A DNA stretch of 42,267 nucleotides from a bacterium (GTDB lineage: Bacteria; Zhuqueibacterota; Zhuqueibacteria; Oceanimicrobiales; Oceanimicrobiaceae). Each line of letters starts with the position of its first letter. Within the stretch, counting starts at the first letter, position 1. The stretch is taken from positions 1-42,267 of the forward strand of contig JBHHXN010000026.1 in the NCBI GenBank assembly GCA_046757025.1. The letters are read 5' to 3'. Of this stretch, positions 1 to 9,733 are shown piece after piece. Made by a program: the position numbers and the translations under genes. Under the pieces are notes generated by a model. The model saw nothing but the letters and a program-made list of their open reading frames with translations. It was not told the DNA's origin and did not search any database.

Positions 1-920
1 ATCAAGGTGATGTTCACCGGAATGTATTCCGGAATGCTTTCACCGTCGATGAGTCGTTTCGCATTTTCCACCGCCAGCCGACCCATTTCCGAAGGAAACT
101 GAGCAACCGAGCCGGCCATCAGATCCTTTGCGATGGCTTCGCGTGCGTCGCTCACCGCATCGAAACCGACCACGACAATTTCGTCGGTTTTCCCCACAGC
201 CGCGATGGCCTCAATGGCCCCCAGCGCCATCAAATCGCTGCAGGCAAACAGCGCCTGCACGTTTGGATGCGATTGCAAGATATTCTGAAACACGTTGAAG
301 CCTTGATCCCGCTCCCAGTTGGCGGTTTGCGAGGTCACAATTTCAATGCCCGGCACGCGATCCACCACCTGATGAAATCCACGCAATCGGGAATCACCGG
401 TTTCATGGCCCGGGATGCCTTCGAGGATGGCGACTTTGCCCTGCCCGCGGAGCCTTTTGACGAGGAATTCGCCGGCGATTTTACCGCCTTCAAAATTGTC
501 CGAACCGATAAAGGTGGCGACTTTGCCGCCGGCTTGGGCCAGGGTCAGTGAATCCACCCGCGTATCCAAAATCAAAACCGGGATGCCCATTTGATTGGCT
601 TTGATAATGGCCGGTACGATTTCCTTGGAACCGCTGGGGGTGACGCAAAGCGCGTCCACTTTGCGTTGAATCAGGTTTTCAATGATCTGCATCTGTTTTT
701 CCACGTCCACTTCGCGTTCGGCGGCCTGCACCAGCAAATTGACGTTCAGCGCTTTTGCGGCTTGCTCCGCGCCGTTCTGCATGTCGATAAAAAACGGATT
801 GTTCAACGTCTTCATCACCAGTGCAATGGTGGGGCCATTGTCGGTTTGCTTTTCCCCTCTTTGACAGCCAGCCAACAACAAAACCAATCCGGCTATCGCA
901 GCAATTTTAGTCATTTTCAT
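1..920 (-). CDS. Sugar ABC transporter substrate-binding lipoprotein, RbsB/Peripla_BP_4 family (3' end runs off the window)
   Basis: Not in the ORF track; translated by hand from the ATG at 920, with GGAGG upstream: MKMTKIAAIAGLVLLLAGC (lipobox) ...IALVMKTLNNPFF...FIGSDNFEGGKIAG...ANWERDQG...DLMALGA...VVGFDA. Follows the rbsA- and rbsC-like genes. Confidence 0.9.
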   Translation of the reverse strand, partial: MKMTKIAAIAGLVLLLAGCQRGEKQTDNGPTIALVMKTLNNPFFIDMQNGAEQAAKALNVNLLVQAAEREVDVEKQMQIIENLIQRKVDALCVTPSGSKEIVPAIIKANQMGIPVLILDTRVDSLTLAQAGGKVATFIGSDNFEGGKIAGEFLVKRLRGQGKVAILEGIPGHETGDSRLRGFHQVVDRVPGIEIVTSQTANWERDQGFNVFQNILQSHPNVQALFACSDLMALGAIEAIAAVGKTDEIVVVGFDAVSDAREAIAKDLMAGSVAQFPSEMGRLAVENAKRLIDGESIPEYIPVNITL

Positions 921-1030
921 CAAGCTTTCCTCCATTCAGTTATCATTTTTGACTCCGGTTAAACAGGGTTTTCAACCTTTAGTTTGCGGCAGCCAGAACA
1001 CCCTCCCGCATTTCAGTTTGTAGAATTCGA

Positions 1031-1978
1031 TTATTTTCTCGCTTTTTTTAAGGCCATATCCATCAACACGGCTGCGATTATCACCGTGCCGATAATAGTT
1101 TGTTGAATAAAAGACGAGACGCCCAGCAAATTAAGTCCGTTTCGCAAAACGCCCATTATGAGGGCGCCGATGAGCGTGCCAAATATCGTACCTTCGCCGC
1201 CCATCAAACTGGTGCCGCCGATAACCGTAGCGGCGATGGCATCCAGCTCATACATGATGCCGGCGATGGGTTGAGCAGAGTTCAGCCGGGCGGTCAGAAT
1301 AATGGCCGCCAACCCGCTCAGCATTCCACACAGACCGTAAACCAAACTTTTGTAATATTTGACATGGACTCCCGACAAACCGGCCGCTTCTTCATTGCCG
1401 CCGATGGCATAGGTGTAGCGGCCTAATTTTGTTCGGATCAATACAAAATGCGCCATCAGGTAGATGGCCAGCATGATGATCACCGGCAGGGGAACGTGCA
1501 GTATCTCGCCGCTGGCCAGGAACCGAAAATCCTCCGAAAAGCCAGAAACGGGCCGGCCCTGGGTGTAAAGCAACGCCGCGCCCCGGGCCACGCTCATCAT
1601 CCCCAGGGTGGAAATAAACGGCGGTAAATGACCGTACGTGATGAGCAGTCCATTGACGAGGCCGCTCAGCAACCCCACTGCTAACCCAATGAGCAACGCA
1701 ATGGGCAGCGGCACGCCCGCTTGCAGCGCGCTGGCCAAAACCACTCCGGAAAAGGCCATCACCGAACCCACGGACAAATCGATACCAGCCGTAATGATCA
1801 CAAAAGTCATGCCCACCGCTATGATGGCATTGATGGAGGTCTGCTGGGCAACGTTGAGCAAATTCGATACAGTTAGAAAATAAGGCGACAAAATCCAGAA
1901 GACCACGGACAACCCGATCAAGCCCATCAGGGTGCCGAACTGACGGCCGTAGTGCAGCAGCAGATCTTTAATTGACAT
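1031..1978 (-). CDS. rbsC: Sugar ABC transporter permease, RbsC family
   Basis: Hydrophobic protein with GIDLSVGS, GRYTYAIGGNEEAA and YELDAIAATVIGGTSLMGG motifs; overlaps the end of the ATPase gene. Confidence 0.9.
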   Translation of the reverse strand: MSIKDLLLHYGRQFGTLMGLIGLSVVFWILSPYFLTVSNLLNVAQQTSINAIIAVGMTFVIITAGIDLSVGSVMAFSGVVLASALQAGVPLPIALLIGLAVGLLSGLVNGLLITYGHLPPFISTLGMMSVARGAALLYTQGRPVSGFSEDFRFLASGEILHVPLPVIIMLAIYLMAHFVLIRTKLGRYTYAIGGNEEAAGLSGVHVKYYKSLVYGLCGMLSGLAAIILTARLNSAQPIAGIMYELDAIAATVIGGTSLMGGEGTIFGTLIGALIMGVLRNGLNLLGVSSFIQQTIIGTVIIAAVLMDMALKKARK

Positions 1979-3470
1979 GTTCCTCCCCTAAAGCACATCG
2001 CAGAATCTTCTCTTGACTGGCCTCTTCCCGTAAAAATTCGCCGCGGATTCGGCCCTGGTTCATCACTAAAATGCGATCGCTCATGCCCAAAATCTCCGGC
2101 AGCTCCGAAGAAATCATGATGATGGCTACGCCGTTTGCGGTAAGCTGGTTCATCAATTGATAGATCTCCACTTTCGAGCCCACATCGATGCCGCGGGTGG
2201 GTTCGTCAAAAATGAAGATATCCGCCTGACAGCACAACCATTTACTCAACACCACTTTTTGCTGATTGCCACCGCTCAAAAACAGGACCTGCTGATTTAA
2301 GCCCGGTGTTTTGATACGCAGCTCTTTGACATAGCGGCTGGCCAATTGAGCTTCTTCCTTTTCCCGAACAACGCCGAATCGTACAAGTTGTTCGATGCTG
2401 GGCAGACAAATGTTTTGCTTGACTGACAGCACCAACACCAGACCCTGATTTTTTCTATCTTCCGTTAAAAAACCCATACCGAGATTGATGGCGTGCCGAG
2501 GTGATTTAATTTGCTGCGCTTTTTGTTTCACAAAGATTTTTCCCGAATCGATTTTATCCACGCCAAAAAGCGCCCGTGCCAGCTCGGTACGACCGGAGCC
2601 TAGCAGACCCGCAATGCCAAGTATTTCACCGCGGTGCAGCCTAATATTGATGTCCTGTAAAACGCCCTTACGGTACAAATGCTCTGCTCGGAGAATTTCT
2701 TCCCCCCGGGTGACTTTTTGTTTTGCAAACTTCTCCTTCAGCTCCCGATCTACCATCATGCGAATGAGCGCCGGTTTGTCCACTACGCTGATTTCATGGG
2801 AGCCGACGTATCTGCCGTCGCGCAGCACGGTCACGCGATCTCCGATCTCGAACAGCTCCTCCAAACGATGCGAAATATAAATGATGGACACCCCTTTACT
2901 CCTTAATCTGCGAATAGCAGCAAACAATTCCTTAATTTCGTGTTCGGTAAGCGCAGAAGTGGGCTCGTCCATGATCAGAATTTTAGCGTCCAGGGATAAC
3001 GCTTTCGCGACTTCCACCATTTGTTGCTGAGCCACACCCAAATTCTTCACGACCTGACGAGCATTTATGGCCACTCCCAGCTCATCCAGAATTTTTTGTG
3101 CAGAGTCGAAAAGCGATTGTTGGTCAATGATGCCAGAAAACACCATCGGTTCCCGGCCGAGAAAAATATTCTCACCGGCTGACAAATGAGGGATGAGGTT
3201 AAACTCTTGATAAATGATGCTGATGCCAAGCGCCAGCGCGTGTTTGGGATGATGTATCTCTGTTTCACAACCTTCGAGAAAGATTTGACCGCTGGTTTTC
3301 TTGTAGGCCCCACTCAAAATTTTCATGAGGGTCGATTTGCCAGCGCCATTTTCACCCAGCAGAATATGCACTTCGCCTTTTCTCAGCTCGAAATGCACCC
3401 GGTCAAGCGCCACCACCCCCGGAAAGATCTTTTGAATATTCTGCATCCTGAGAATTAAATCGTTATCCAT
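1968..3470 (-). CDS. rbsA: Sugar ABC transporter ATP-binding protein with tandem ATPase domains, RbsA family
   Basis: Walker A GENGAGKST, ILIMDEPT, LSGGNQQKV and DEPTRGIDVG motifs. Confidence 0.92.
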   Translation of the reverse strand: MDNDLILRMQNIQKIFPGVVALDRVHFELRKGEVHILLGENGAGKSTLMKILSGAYKKTSGQIFLEGCETEIHHPKHALALGISIIYQEFNLIPHLSAGENIFLGREPMVFSGIIDQQSLFDSAQKILDELGVAINARQVVKNLGVAQQQMVEVAKALSLDAKILIMDEPTSALTEHEIKELFAAIRRLRSKGVSIIYISHRLEELFEIGDRVTVLRDGRYVGSHEISVVDKPALIRMMVDRELKEKFAKQKVTRGEEILRAEHLYRKGVLQDINIRLHRGEILGIAGLLGSGRTELARALFGVDKIDSGKIFVKQKAQQIKSPRHAINLGMGFLTEDRKNQGLVLVLSVKQNICLPSIEQLVRFGVVREKEEAQLASRYVKELRIKTPGLNQQVLFLSGGNQQKVVLSKWLCCQADIFIFDEPTRGIDVGSKVEIYQLMNQLTANGVAIIMISSELPEILGMSDRILVMNQGRIRGEFLREEASQEKILRCALGEEHVN

Positions 3471-3676
3471 GCGGTGGTTTCGTTAGATTCTACAAATAAA
3501 ATTCGCCGTTCAGTGTTGAGAAAGATGCCGATAAAATAGCACGCCGTTGCCTATCATTAAAATCAGGTAGTGGATGATCCAGGTCCAATCAAGTAAACTG
3601 AAAGTAACCATATATTACCTAAAATAATGAAATTGAGTTAAATAACAACCTGTTTTCGACGCCTTTTACAAAAATT

Positions 3677-4813
3677 TCAATTATTTGACGAAGCTGACTT
3701 CACACCATTGGCAAAAACCTGCAATTCGTCGCCGGCGATATCGGCCCAGGAATAAAAATGAAACGTTCTATCATCAGACATGGCCACGAACAATCCCTTT
3801 GCAAATACATCGCTAAGATTAGCATTCGTCACAGCGGAGCCATCGCTGTGGTTTGTGGCCAATTTCACGGTCTTCACCAGCTTATGCCTGTGTGGATTAT
3901 CTGCGGCACCTTCGCGTGTGAATATTTGAAACAGGTTGGTCTGCTGATCTGAGACAATGATATAGCCCGCGCCATCGCTCAGGTGATAGATAGAAATACC
4001 TTCGCGATCCCTCCTAAAGCCGTCCGTACCAAAGCAGGCCAATTCTTCGTTGGCATTTGGAACATCGGGATTTGCATGATATTTTCGGATACCAAAAAGC
4101 TCGTCCGAATAATAAACATAACCCGCCGCATCATCCACGGCTACGGCCTCAATCTCCCCCTCACCTCCGGCATTTTTGCCGCTCCACTCACCAAATGCGC
4201 GAACTCTGGTAAATTTAACTGAGCCATCGCCCGCGTCCTCCATTAAGTATTGCCATAAATAACCGCCCGATGGTCCCCGCTTTCTGCTCACGATGGCAAA
4301 AAAGGCGCCATCCTCTGGCCTTTTGTAAATAGCTATTCCCATAGGCCGGCGAAACTCCTCGCCGGCAAAAGCTTCAATACCACCGCCATCGATGAGCGCG
4401 AGAGTCGGCAGATGAAACACGTGGATTTTTTTGGCGTCGCGGTCGGTGGCCACCGCGATATCGATAACCTGCCCTCCCAGGTTGAATCCGTATTCCACAT
4501 CCACGTTGTTCAGCCGCTGCATACCCGACACCTGTTTGACGATTTTGCCATCCAGTCCAAATGCAAACAGAGACCCGCCCTTGTCGGTGCCCAAAACCAG
4601 GCTTTGTGCCGGATTCTGCGGATGAATCCAGATTGCCGGGTCGTCGGAGTCTTGATTCACGGGTTCCGTAACCACCAGCGGAGCGATGCGTTCGGTTTCC
4701 AGAATGGTTGCAGCATGGTCAGCGTCTTTTTTCTGACACTGGTTCAAAAAGAAAATCCCCAGGATCACAGCAATGGTAGAAATCGCGATTCTCACCAAGC
4801 TGTCATTTTTCAT
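3677..4813 (-). CDS. Beta-propeller 3-phytase, probably an exported lipoprotein
   Basis: DSDDPAIW, LGTDK, NNVDV, EIEAVAVDD, YSDE, DREGISIY, VSDQ and SDG motifs of Bacillus-type beta-propeller phytases. Likely start is the ATG at 4813 (MKNDSLVRIAISTIAVILGIFFLNQC, signal peptide ending in Cys); the track's alternative start is GTG 4840. Confidence 0.88.
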   Translation of the reverse strand: MKNDSLVRIAISTIAVILGIFFLNQCQKKDADHAATILETERIAPLVVTEPVNQDSDDPAIWIHPQNPAQSLVLGTDKGGSLFAFGLDGKIVKQVSGMQRLNNVDVEYGFNLGGQVIDIAVATDRDAKKIHVFHLPTLALIDGGGIEAFAGEEFRRPMGIAIYKRPEDGAFFAIVSRKRGPSGGYLWQYLMEDAGDGSVKFTRVRAFGEWSGKNAGGEGEIEAVAVDDAAGYVYYSDELFGIRKYHANPDVPNANEELACFGTDGFRRDREGISIYHLSDGAGYIIVSDQQTNLFQIFTREGAADNPHRHKLVKTVKLATNHSDGSAVTNANLSDVFAKGLFVAMSDDRTFHFYSWADIAGDELQVFANGVKSASSNN

Positions 4814-4836
4814 TGTAAATAAACAGAATAGGTGCA

Positions 4837-5745
4837 TCACGTATATTTTTGCATAATGAGCGCTTCCACCTCCGATTGCGGCCGGCGAATCGGACCCTCA
4901 GCCTCTAATTTTAAGCTGGTTACTGCCGCAGCCCAAATCGTAGCCTCTTGTGGTGAAGCCGTTAAACGTTTTCCGGCGTAGGCAGCAATGCAGGTGTCGC
5001 CGCGGCCGCTGCGCCCCACTAGCTTTCTGGGATAAAATCCCGCTTCATGAAACCGACCATCGTGATAAACCAGCAGCCCGTCCCGGTGAGTAAGCACGAT
5101 CTCATTTGGCCCCAGTGCCGCCAGTACCTGCGCCGCAGTTTTGATATCGGTCTTGCCGGTGAGGATTTCTGCCTCCACCGCATCGGTTTTCAGTAGATCG
5201 ATGTGTGGCAGAATTTCATTTTTTTGCGGCCAAAGCGCGTTTTTCAGTTTACCATCCGAACAGATAATTCGTACAAATCCCTGAACATCCGCTACAATAA
5301 GCGCATCTTTTTTTCGCAGTGCCTCGATCACTTCAAAGCTTACTTCCCCGCGTGTTGAAGCGTTGATAAGAAATATTCTGGATTCTATCTCTGCGATTTG
5401 GGATGGCGAGAAATTACCGGCGGTCTGGGTAACCGAAAGAATACGCTCATCGACATCGTCTGTGGGGTAGTCCAATCGCAAATGCGTGGACTTGGGGGTT
5501 TCGCATGCAAAAACTTCAACTCCGATTTCAGTCAGGGCCTTCACAACATGAAAATCCTCCCTTGCCAGTCGCGTGATAGCCGCGGTTTTCAATCCCATCA
5601 TGGCGCCCACATGAGCGCCATAGTTAAAGCCGCCACCATCAACCTGCCGGATTTCAGATGAAGACACGATAGTGTCTTTGGTGTAATTTCCGATTATCGC
5701 AAGATCGTAAAATTGGGATTTCGTTGCCATTCTCGTTTGCCCCAT
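4837..5745 (-). CDS. PfkB-family carbohydrate kinase, Thermotoga TM0415/IolK-like
   Basis: GNYTKD, GGG, ADVQGFVR, EAEILTG and GRSGRGDTC motifs. The GRxGRGDT variant and ADxQGFVR match my recollection of T. maritima TM0415 from the inositol locus. Confidence 0.8.
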   Translation of the reverse strand: MGQTRMATKSQFYDLAIIGNYTKDTIVSSSEIRQVDGGGFNYGAHVGAMMGLKTAAITRLAREDFHVVKALTEIGVEVFACETPKSTHLRLDYPTDDVDERILSVTQTAGNFSPSQIAEIESRIFLINASTRGEVSFEVIEALRKKDALIVADVQGFVRIICSDGKLKNALWPQKNEILPHIDLLKTDAVEAEILTGKTDIKTAAQVLAALGPNEIVLTHRDGLLVYHDGRFHEAGFYPRKLVGRSGRGDTCIAAYAGKRLTASPQEATIWAAAVTSLKLEAEGPIRRPQSEVEALIMQKYT

Positions 5746-7098
5746 TTAATCACTTACTTTAGCTCGCCATAAAGTGGCCGCTAAAATCATTGACACCACC
5801 GAAGCCCCGACCCAGAACAGGATAGCGCTGGAAAAATCATAGTGATTCACGCCGTCCACGACCGTCTTTCCCTGTTCAATTAGATGCCCGCTGATGGTAT
5901 CTTGCAGCGCCGCGCCCACATAACTGAAAACGCCGATAAAACCCATTGCCGCGCCGGCCGCTCTTTTTGGGGCAATATCGATGGCAAACAAACCGCCCAG
6001 AACCGCCAGCAGCCCGTTCAGGGTAAAACCGTAAACCACAAATGCCATGGCCAGCAATACGGGCTTATCTGCCGGACCGAAGAAAATGATGATCAGGGCC
6101 AATATTTCCACCAAACCAAAAAGCAGAGTCAAAGGCGGGCGCCTGGCATCAAACCACTTATCGGAAATGAATCCGTACGCGATGCTGCCCCCCACTCCCA
6201 CCAGCGCACTGAGGCCCACCAGACCGCCAGCCTCCAAGGCCGAATACCCTTTAGCTTCCTGAAGGTAAAAAATGCCCCAGCTATTGATGGCGTAGCGCGA
6301 AACGTACATGGTAGCGCTGGCCAGACCGAGAATCCAGATAGCTGGAAATTTTAACATGAGCAACTGAATTTTTTTGGTATTCAGGGCTCGAGTCTGGCTT
6401 TCCGGTATGGGCACACCGTGATCATTTCGCCAGTCCGCCACCGAGGGCAGACCCAGGGTCTGCGGTCGATCCTGCATAAAATGATAGACCGCCATGGCCA
6501 CAAAAATGCAAAAAATGCCAGGTCCCCAGAAACCCGCTTGCCAGCCAAATACCCCCACCAGCGCAGCCGAACCAAAAAACGTCAAGCCTTCGCCGATGTT
6601 CTGACCCGTACTCCAGATGCCATAGTATCTGCCGCGTTCACGTTTGCTAAACCAATTGGCCAGTGTCACAGCGCCTGTGGGCGCGCCGAATCCCTGGAAC
6701 CAGCCGTTAATTCCCCAGAGTGCCACCCAGAGCCAGAGTAAACCGGAGTGCCCCATGGCCAGGTTTATGATCGCCGTCGCTAAAATGCCTGTTGCAAAAA
6801 ATCGCTTAACATTGGCATGATCCGCTAAAAAGCCATTTACGAGCTTGCCAAAGGCGTAGCCATAGAAAAGCGCCGAACCGATAACGCCTAAATCATAAGC
6901 CGAAAACAACCCTTGATCTATGATCGGCTTTTTAACCACAGACATGCCCAGGCGGCAGGTGTAAACACAGCCATACCCCAGTGTGACCGTTAACAGTACA
7001 GCAAGGCGGTTGCGCTTGTATAACCGCTCGACTTCTTGCTGATTTTCAATGACAGGCTGATCTTTACCGCTTGCAAATAAACGAAGTGATAGCGCCAT
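5746..7098 (-). CDS. MFS transporter, organophosphate:phosphate antiporter (OPA; GlpT/UhpT/UhpC) family
   Basis: About 12 TM segments; GYGCVYTCR, YAFGKLVNGFLAD, NGWFQGFG, WFSKRERG, YVSRY and GAAMGFIGVFSYVG motifs typical of GlpT/UhpC. Confidence 0.88.
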   Translation of the reverse strand: MALSLRLFASGKDQPVIENQQEVERLYKRNRLAVLLTVTLGYGCVYTCRLGMSVVKKPIIDQGLFSAYDLGVIGSALFYGYAFGKLVNGFLADHANVKRFFATGILATAIINLAMGHSGLLWLWVALWGINGWFQGFGAPTGAVTLANWFSKRERGRYYGIWSTGQNIGEGLTFFGSAALVGVFGWQAGFWGPGIFCIFVAMAVYHFMQDRPQTLGLPSVADWRNDHGVPIPESQTRALNTKKIQLLMLKFPAIWILGLASATMYVSRYAINSWGIFYLQEAKGYSALEAGGLVGLSALVGVGGSIAYGFISDKWFDARRPPLTLLFGLVEILALIIIFFGPADKPVLLAMAFVVYGFTLNGLLAVLGGLFAIDIAPKRAAGAAMGFIGVFSYVGAALQDTISGHLIEQGKTVVDGVNHYDFSSAILFWVGASVVSMILAATLWRAKVSD

Positions 7099-7143
7099 GT
7101 TTGTATGAATCTTTTTTTAAATTAAGTAAGGAGATAGGACTAT

Positions 7144-7190
7144 TCCTCCGGTCGAAATATCCCCACACCAGCGTTCTTTCGACCGGAGGA
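7144..7190. repeat. Perfect 14-bp inverted repeat (stem-loop) between iolM and the MFS gene
   Basis: TCCTCCGGTCGAAA (7144-7157), 19-nt loop, TTTCGACCGGAGGA (7177-7190). Confidence 0.8.
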
Positions 7191-7215
7191 GCACTGCATT
7201 GAATTGTGCTTACAA

Positions 7216-8403
7216 TCAGGTAAAATATGTCACCGCGATTTTCACATCATCCCTTTCCGTTTGCAGCTTGAGACAGTTGGATTCCACATCCTCCAATCCA
7301 ATGGTTTTGGTCACCATTTTCGTCATATCCATGCCAGCGGCCATGCAACTGATGACGTTGGGAAAAGTACCGTGTCCTGAATGACCCTGAGCGCCCACCA
7401 CGTTGGCTCGCCGCACCTGCAGCACCTCGCCGGTCAGGTGAATTTTGTCGTCCGCCCGCGCCACCACCACCACAGTGGTGTTCACACCCCGGCCTTCCCA
7501 GATGATTCTTTCCACATCCGGCCAGACTACGCTAGGCAAACCGGTGGCTTCAAGGATGATCCTGGCACCCATGCCTTTGGTGATCTCTAACACCGCCTCT
7601 GCGGCATTGTCGCGCGTGGGGTCGATGGCATGGGTAGCGCCCATGGAGAGCGCCATTTCCCGCCGCACTGCCGAAGGTTCCGAAAGAATCACCGATGCCG
7701 CACCAGACTGACTTAACACCGCACAGGCGGCCACCCCGATGGGACCGCCCCCCAGGATCACCACATTTTCTCCAGCTCGGACGCCGCCGCCTCTTTCGAT
7801 CACTGCGTTGTAAGCCACGGAGGTGGGTTCCACAAGACTGCCCAGGAGTAGCATTTTTTCTTCGCCGTAAATTTCACGCAGACTCTCGAGACTCCATACA
7901 TAACGTGCATCTACTTTTATGTATTTTGCAAACGCACCATCCACAGAAAATCCAATTTCCTGTAAACGCTCGCAATGATTGGGGTAGCCGTCCGCGCAAG
8001 GTTTGCACTGCGCACACCAGGCCATTTCTTCCGCGCATACCGCTTCGCCGATCTCGAATCGTATGCCCGTGCGCTTATTGATGGCATCAATCCCTGCTTC
8101 CACCACTTTTCCAGAAAATTCATGGCCCAAGGTGACGGGGAAAGCGGTGAGACCGGGATAGAAAATGTAGCCATCTTCATCTGCCTGCCGCATATGCACA
8201 TCGCTGCCGCAGATGCCACAGGCTTGCACTTCCAGTAAAACCTCGGTTGGTCCGGGCTGCGGCATGGCTTTCTCCACCACCTCGATACGGGGATTTTTCC
8301 AGACTTTACTTCCCAGATAAGTCAGCTTCCCTTCGATATCTTTGGGACCTAATTTAAAATCGGGTTTTGGAGCCCAATCAGCTAAAAGTGTTGCGGTTTT
8401 CAT
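7216..8403 (-). CDS. iolM: Scyllo-inosose 3-dehydrogenase (Zn-dependent MDR family)
   Basis: Distinctive N-terminus FKLGPKDIEGKLTYLGSKVW, CGICGSDVH, GHE, structural-Zn Cys cluster, GGGPIG and QGHSGHGTF. Strong end-to-end resemblance to T. maritima TM0412 (IolM) as recalled. Confidence 0.88.
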   Translation of the reverse strand: MKTATLLADWAPKPDFKLGPKDIEGKLTYLGSKVWKNPRIEVVEKAMPQPGPTEVLLEVQACGICGSDVHMRQADEDGYIFYPGLTAFPVTLGHEFSGKVVEAGIDAINKRTGIRFEIGEAVCAEEMAWCAQCKPCADGYPNHCERLQEIGFSVDGAFAKYIKVDARYVWSLESLREIYGEEKMLLLGSLVEPTSVAYNAVIERGGGVRAGENVVILGGGPIGVAACAVLSQSGAASVILSEPSAVRREMALSMGATHAIDPTRDNAAEAVLEITKGMGARIILEATGLPSVVWPDVERIIWEGRGVNTTVVVVARADDKIHLTGEVLQVRRANVVGAQGHSGHGTFPNVISCMAAGMDMTKMVTKTIGLEDVESNCLKLQTERDDVKIAVTYFT

Positions 8404-8481
8404 AGTACCTCCAATATTTACTATGCATTAAAATAAGACAGTAACCCTGAATTACTCATACAAAAGCGAGCGAACGTGTTA

Positions 8482-8527
8482 GGTGTTCAGCCTTTAGGCT
8501 GCCTGGACACGCCGAAGCGTGAACACC
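8482..8527. repeat. REP-like doublet: two inverted 20-bp palindromic units
   Basis: GGTGTTCAGCCTTTAGGCTG ... CACGCCGAAGCGTGAACACC; a second copy lies at 14319-14378. Confidence 0.75.
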
Positions 8528-8598
8528 GAACGGGCTCTTCAAAATTCAGTTTTTCGATTTTGAACGTAAAATCCTGGTTTGTGAATAATACAAGTTAA

Positions 8599-9696
8599 TT
8601 ATTGATTGACCAATTGCAAAACCGAAGACCTCTCAACAAGATGAGATTTGAGTACTATCTTTTGAGGGGCGATGGATTCACCCTTTATGCGTGCCATGAT
8701 CAATTTCATGCTTTCCTGGCCCATTTCGTAAATTGGCTGGTGCATGGTCGTCAAAGCCGTGGGATGCGAATTGATGAACGGTAGATCGTCGTATCCCACC
8801 AAAGAAATATCATCGGGAATGGAAAGGCCCATCTCATGTGCCTCTGAGTAAAACAAGTAGGCAATGCGGTCGTTGCCGGTAAAAACGGCGGTTATGTCAC
8901 CTGCCTTGCGTAAGATAGTGCGCACGGACTCCCGGAAATGTTTCTCGACATACGGCGTTTTATCCGCGATGACGATGGACGAGTCAATTGGGATGCCATG
9001 TTTTTCCAGAGCATATTTGTAACCCGCAAGCCGTTTGGCTTCGGTGTTGTACAAACGGCTCAAGACCACCGCTATTTTTCTGTGACCGTTTCGGATGAGA
9101 TAGTCCGTCACTTCGTAACCGCCATCGAAATTGTTGGTGGTAACGAAGTCGCTCTGCGTTTGGGGAATTTCCCTATCCGCAATGACGACCTGGATATTAT
9201 TTCGGGTGAATTTTTCCAAAATCGTTCTATTCTGATCGTCGGTGGATGCGGTAGGTACAAAAATCACCCCGCTGACGTGATGTTCGATGAGGCGTTCCGC
9301 GTGAAAATCCGCTCTAACATACGAATCGTCTGTGTTGCACAAAATGAGGCTGTGTTTGTTTTTGGCGGCTTCATCGCCGGCCCCGCGCGCCAGCTCCGGC
9401 GCATACCCACTGCGGATGTCCGGTACCAGTACCCCCACGATAGTCTGCTTTTCCCGATTCTCTTCGCGATTGATGACAAAGGTACCCAGCCGCCGCTGAC
9501 GCGACAGGTAACCCAAATTTACCAGGTTCTGAACCGCCTGACGAATGGTGGCCCGGGCTAAACCGGTCATTTGTACTAATTCCTCTTCAGTGGGAATTTT
9601 CTCGTTCGGTTTGATGACGCCCTTTTCGATCTGCTCGATCAACCAGGTTTGCAGTTGAAAATACTGGGGAATGGGACTGTTTTTATCGATGATCAT
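8599..9696 (-). CDS. GntR-wHTH / LacI-type sugar-binding chimeric transcriptional regulator (AraR-like); probable inositol-locus regulator
   Basis: N-terminal PQYFQL...KIPTEEEL...RATIRQA...GTFV (GntR); C-terminal periplasmic-binding fold with GHRKIA, RLAGY, NDRIA, ISLVGYDD and LTTMHQP. Confidence 0.9.
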   Translation of the reverse strand: MIIDKNSPIPQYFQLQTWLIEQIEKGVIKPNEKIPTEEELVQMTGLARATIRQAVQNLVNLGYLSRQRRLGTFVINREENREKQTIVGVLVPDIRSGYAPELARGAGDEAAKNKHSLILCNTDDSYVRADFHAERLIEHHVSGVIFVPTASTDDQNRTILEKFTRNNIQVVIADREIPQTQSDFVTTNNFDGGYEVTDYLIRNGHRKIAVVLSRLYNTEAKRLAGYKYALEKHGIPIDSSIVIADKTPYVEKHFRESVRTILRKAGDITAVFTGNDRIAYLFYSEAHEMGLSIPDDISLVGYDDLPFINSHPTALTTMHQPIYEMGQESMKLIMARIKGESIAPQKIVLKSHLVERSSVLQLVNQ

Positions 9697-9713
9697 GAGA
9701 ACAGATTCTTTTT

Positions 9714-9733
9714 TTGTCTATTTGTATAGACAA
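9714..9733. promoter_or_regulatory. Palindromic operator, probably bound by the adjacent GntR-type regulator
   Basis: TTGTCTAT-ttgt-ATAGACAA (8-bp perfect arms). It contains TTGTATAGACAA, matching the GTNTANAC box of GntR-family regulators, and overlaps the predicted transcription start. Confidence 0.7.

Noticed and set aside
7144..7190. Intrinsic terminator
   Set aside because: No adjacent U-tract on either strand and a long loop; kept only as an unexplained hairpin.
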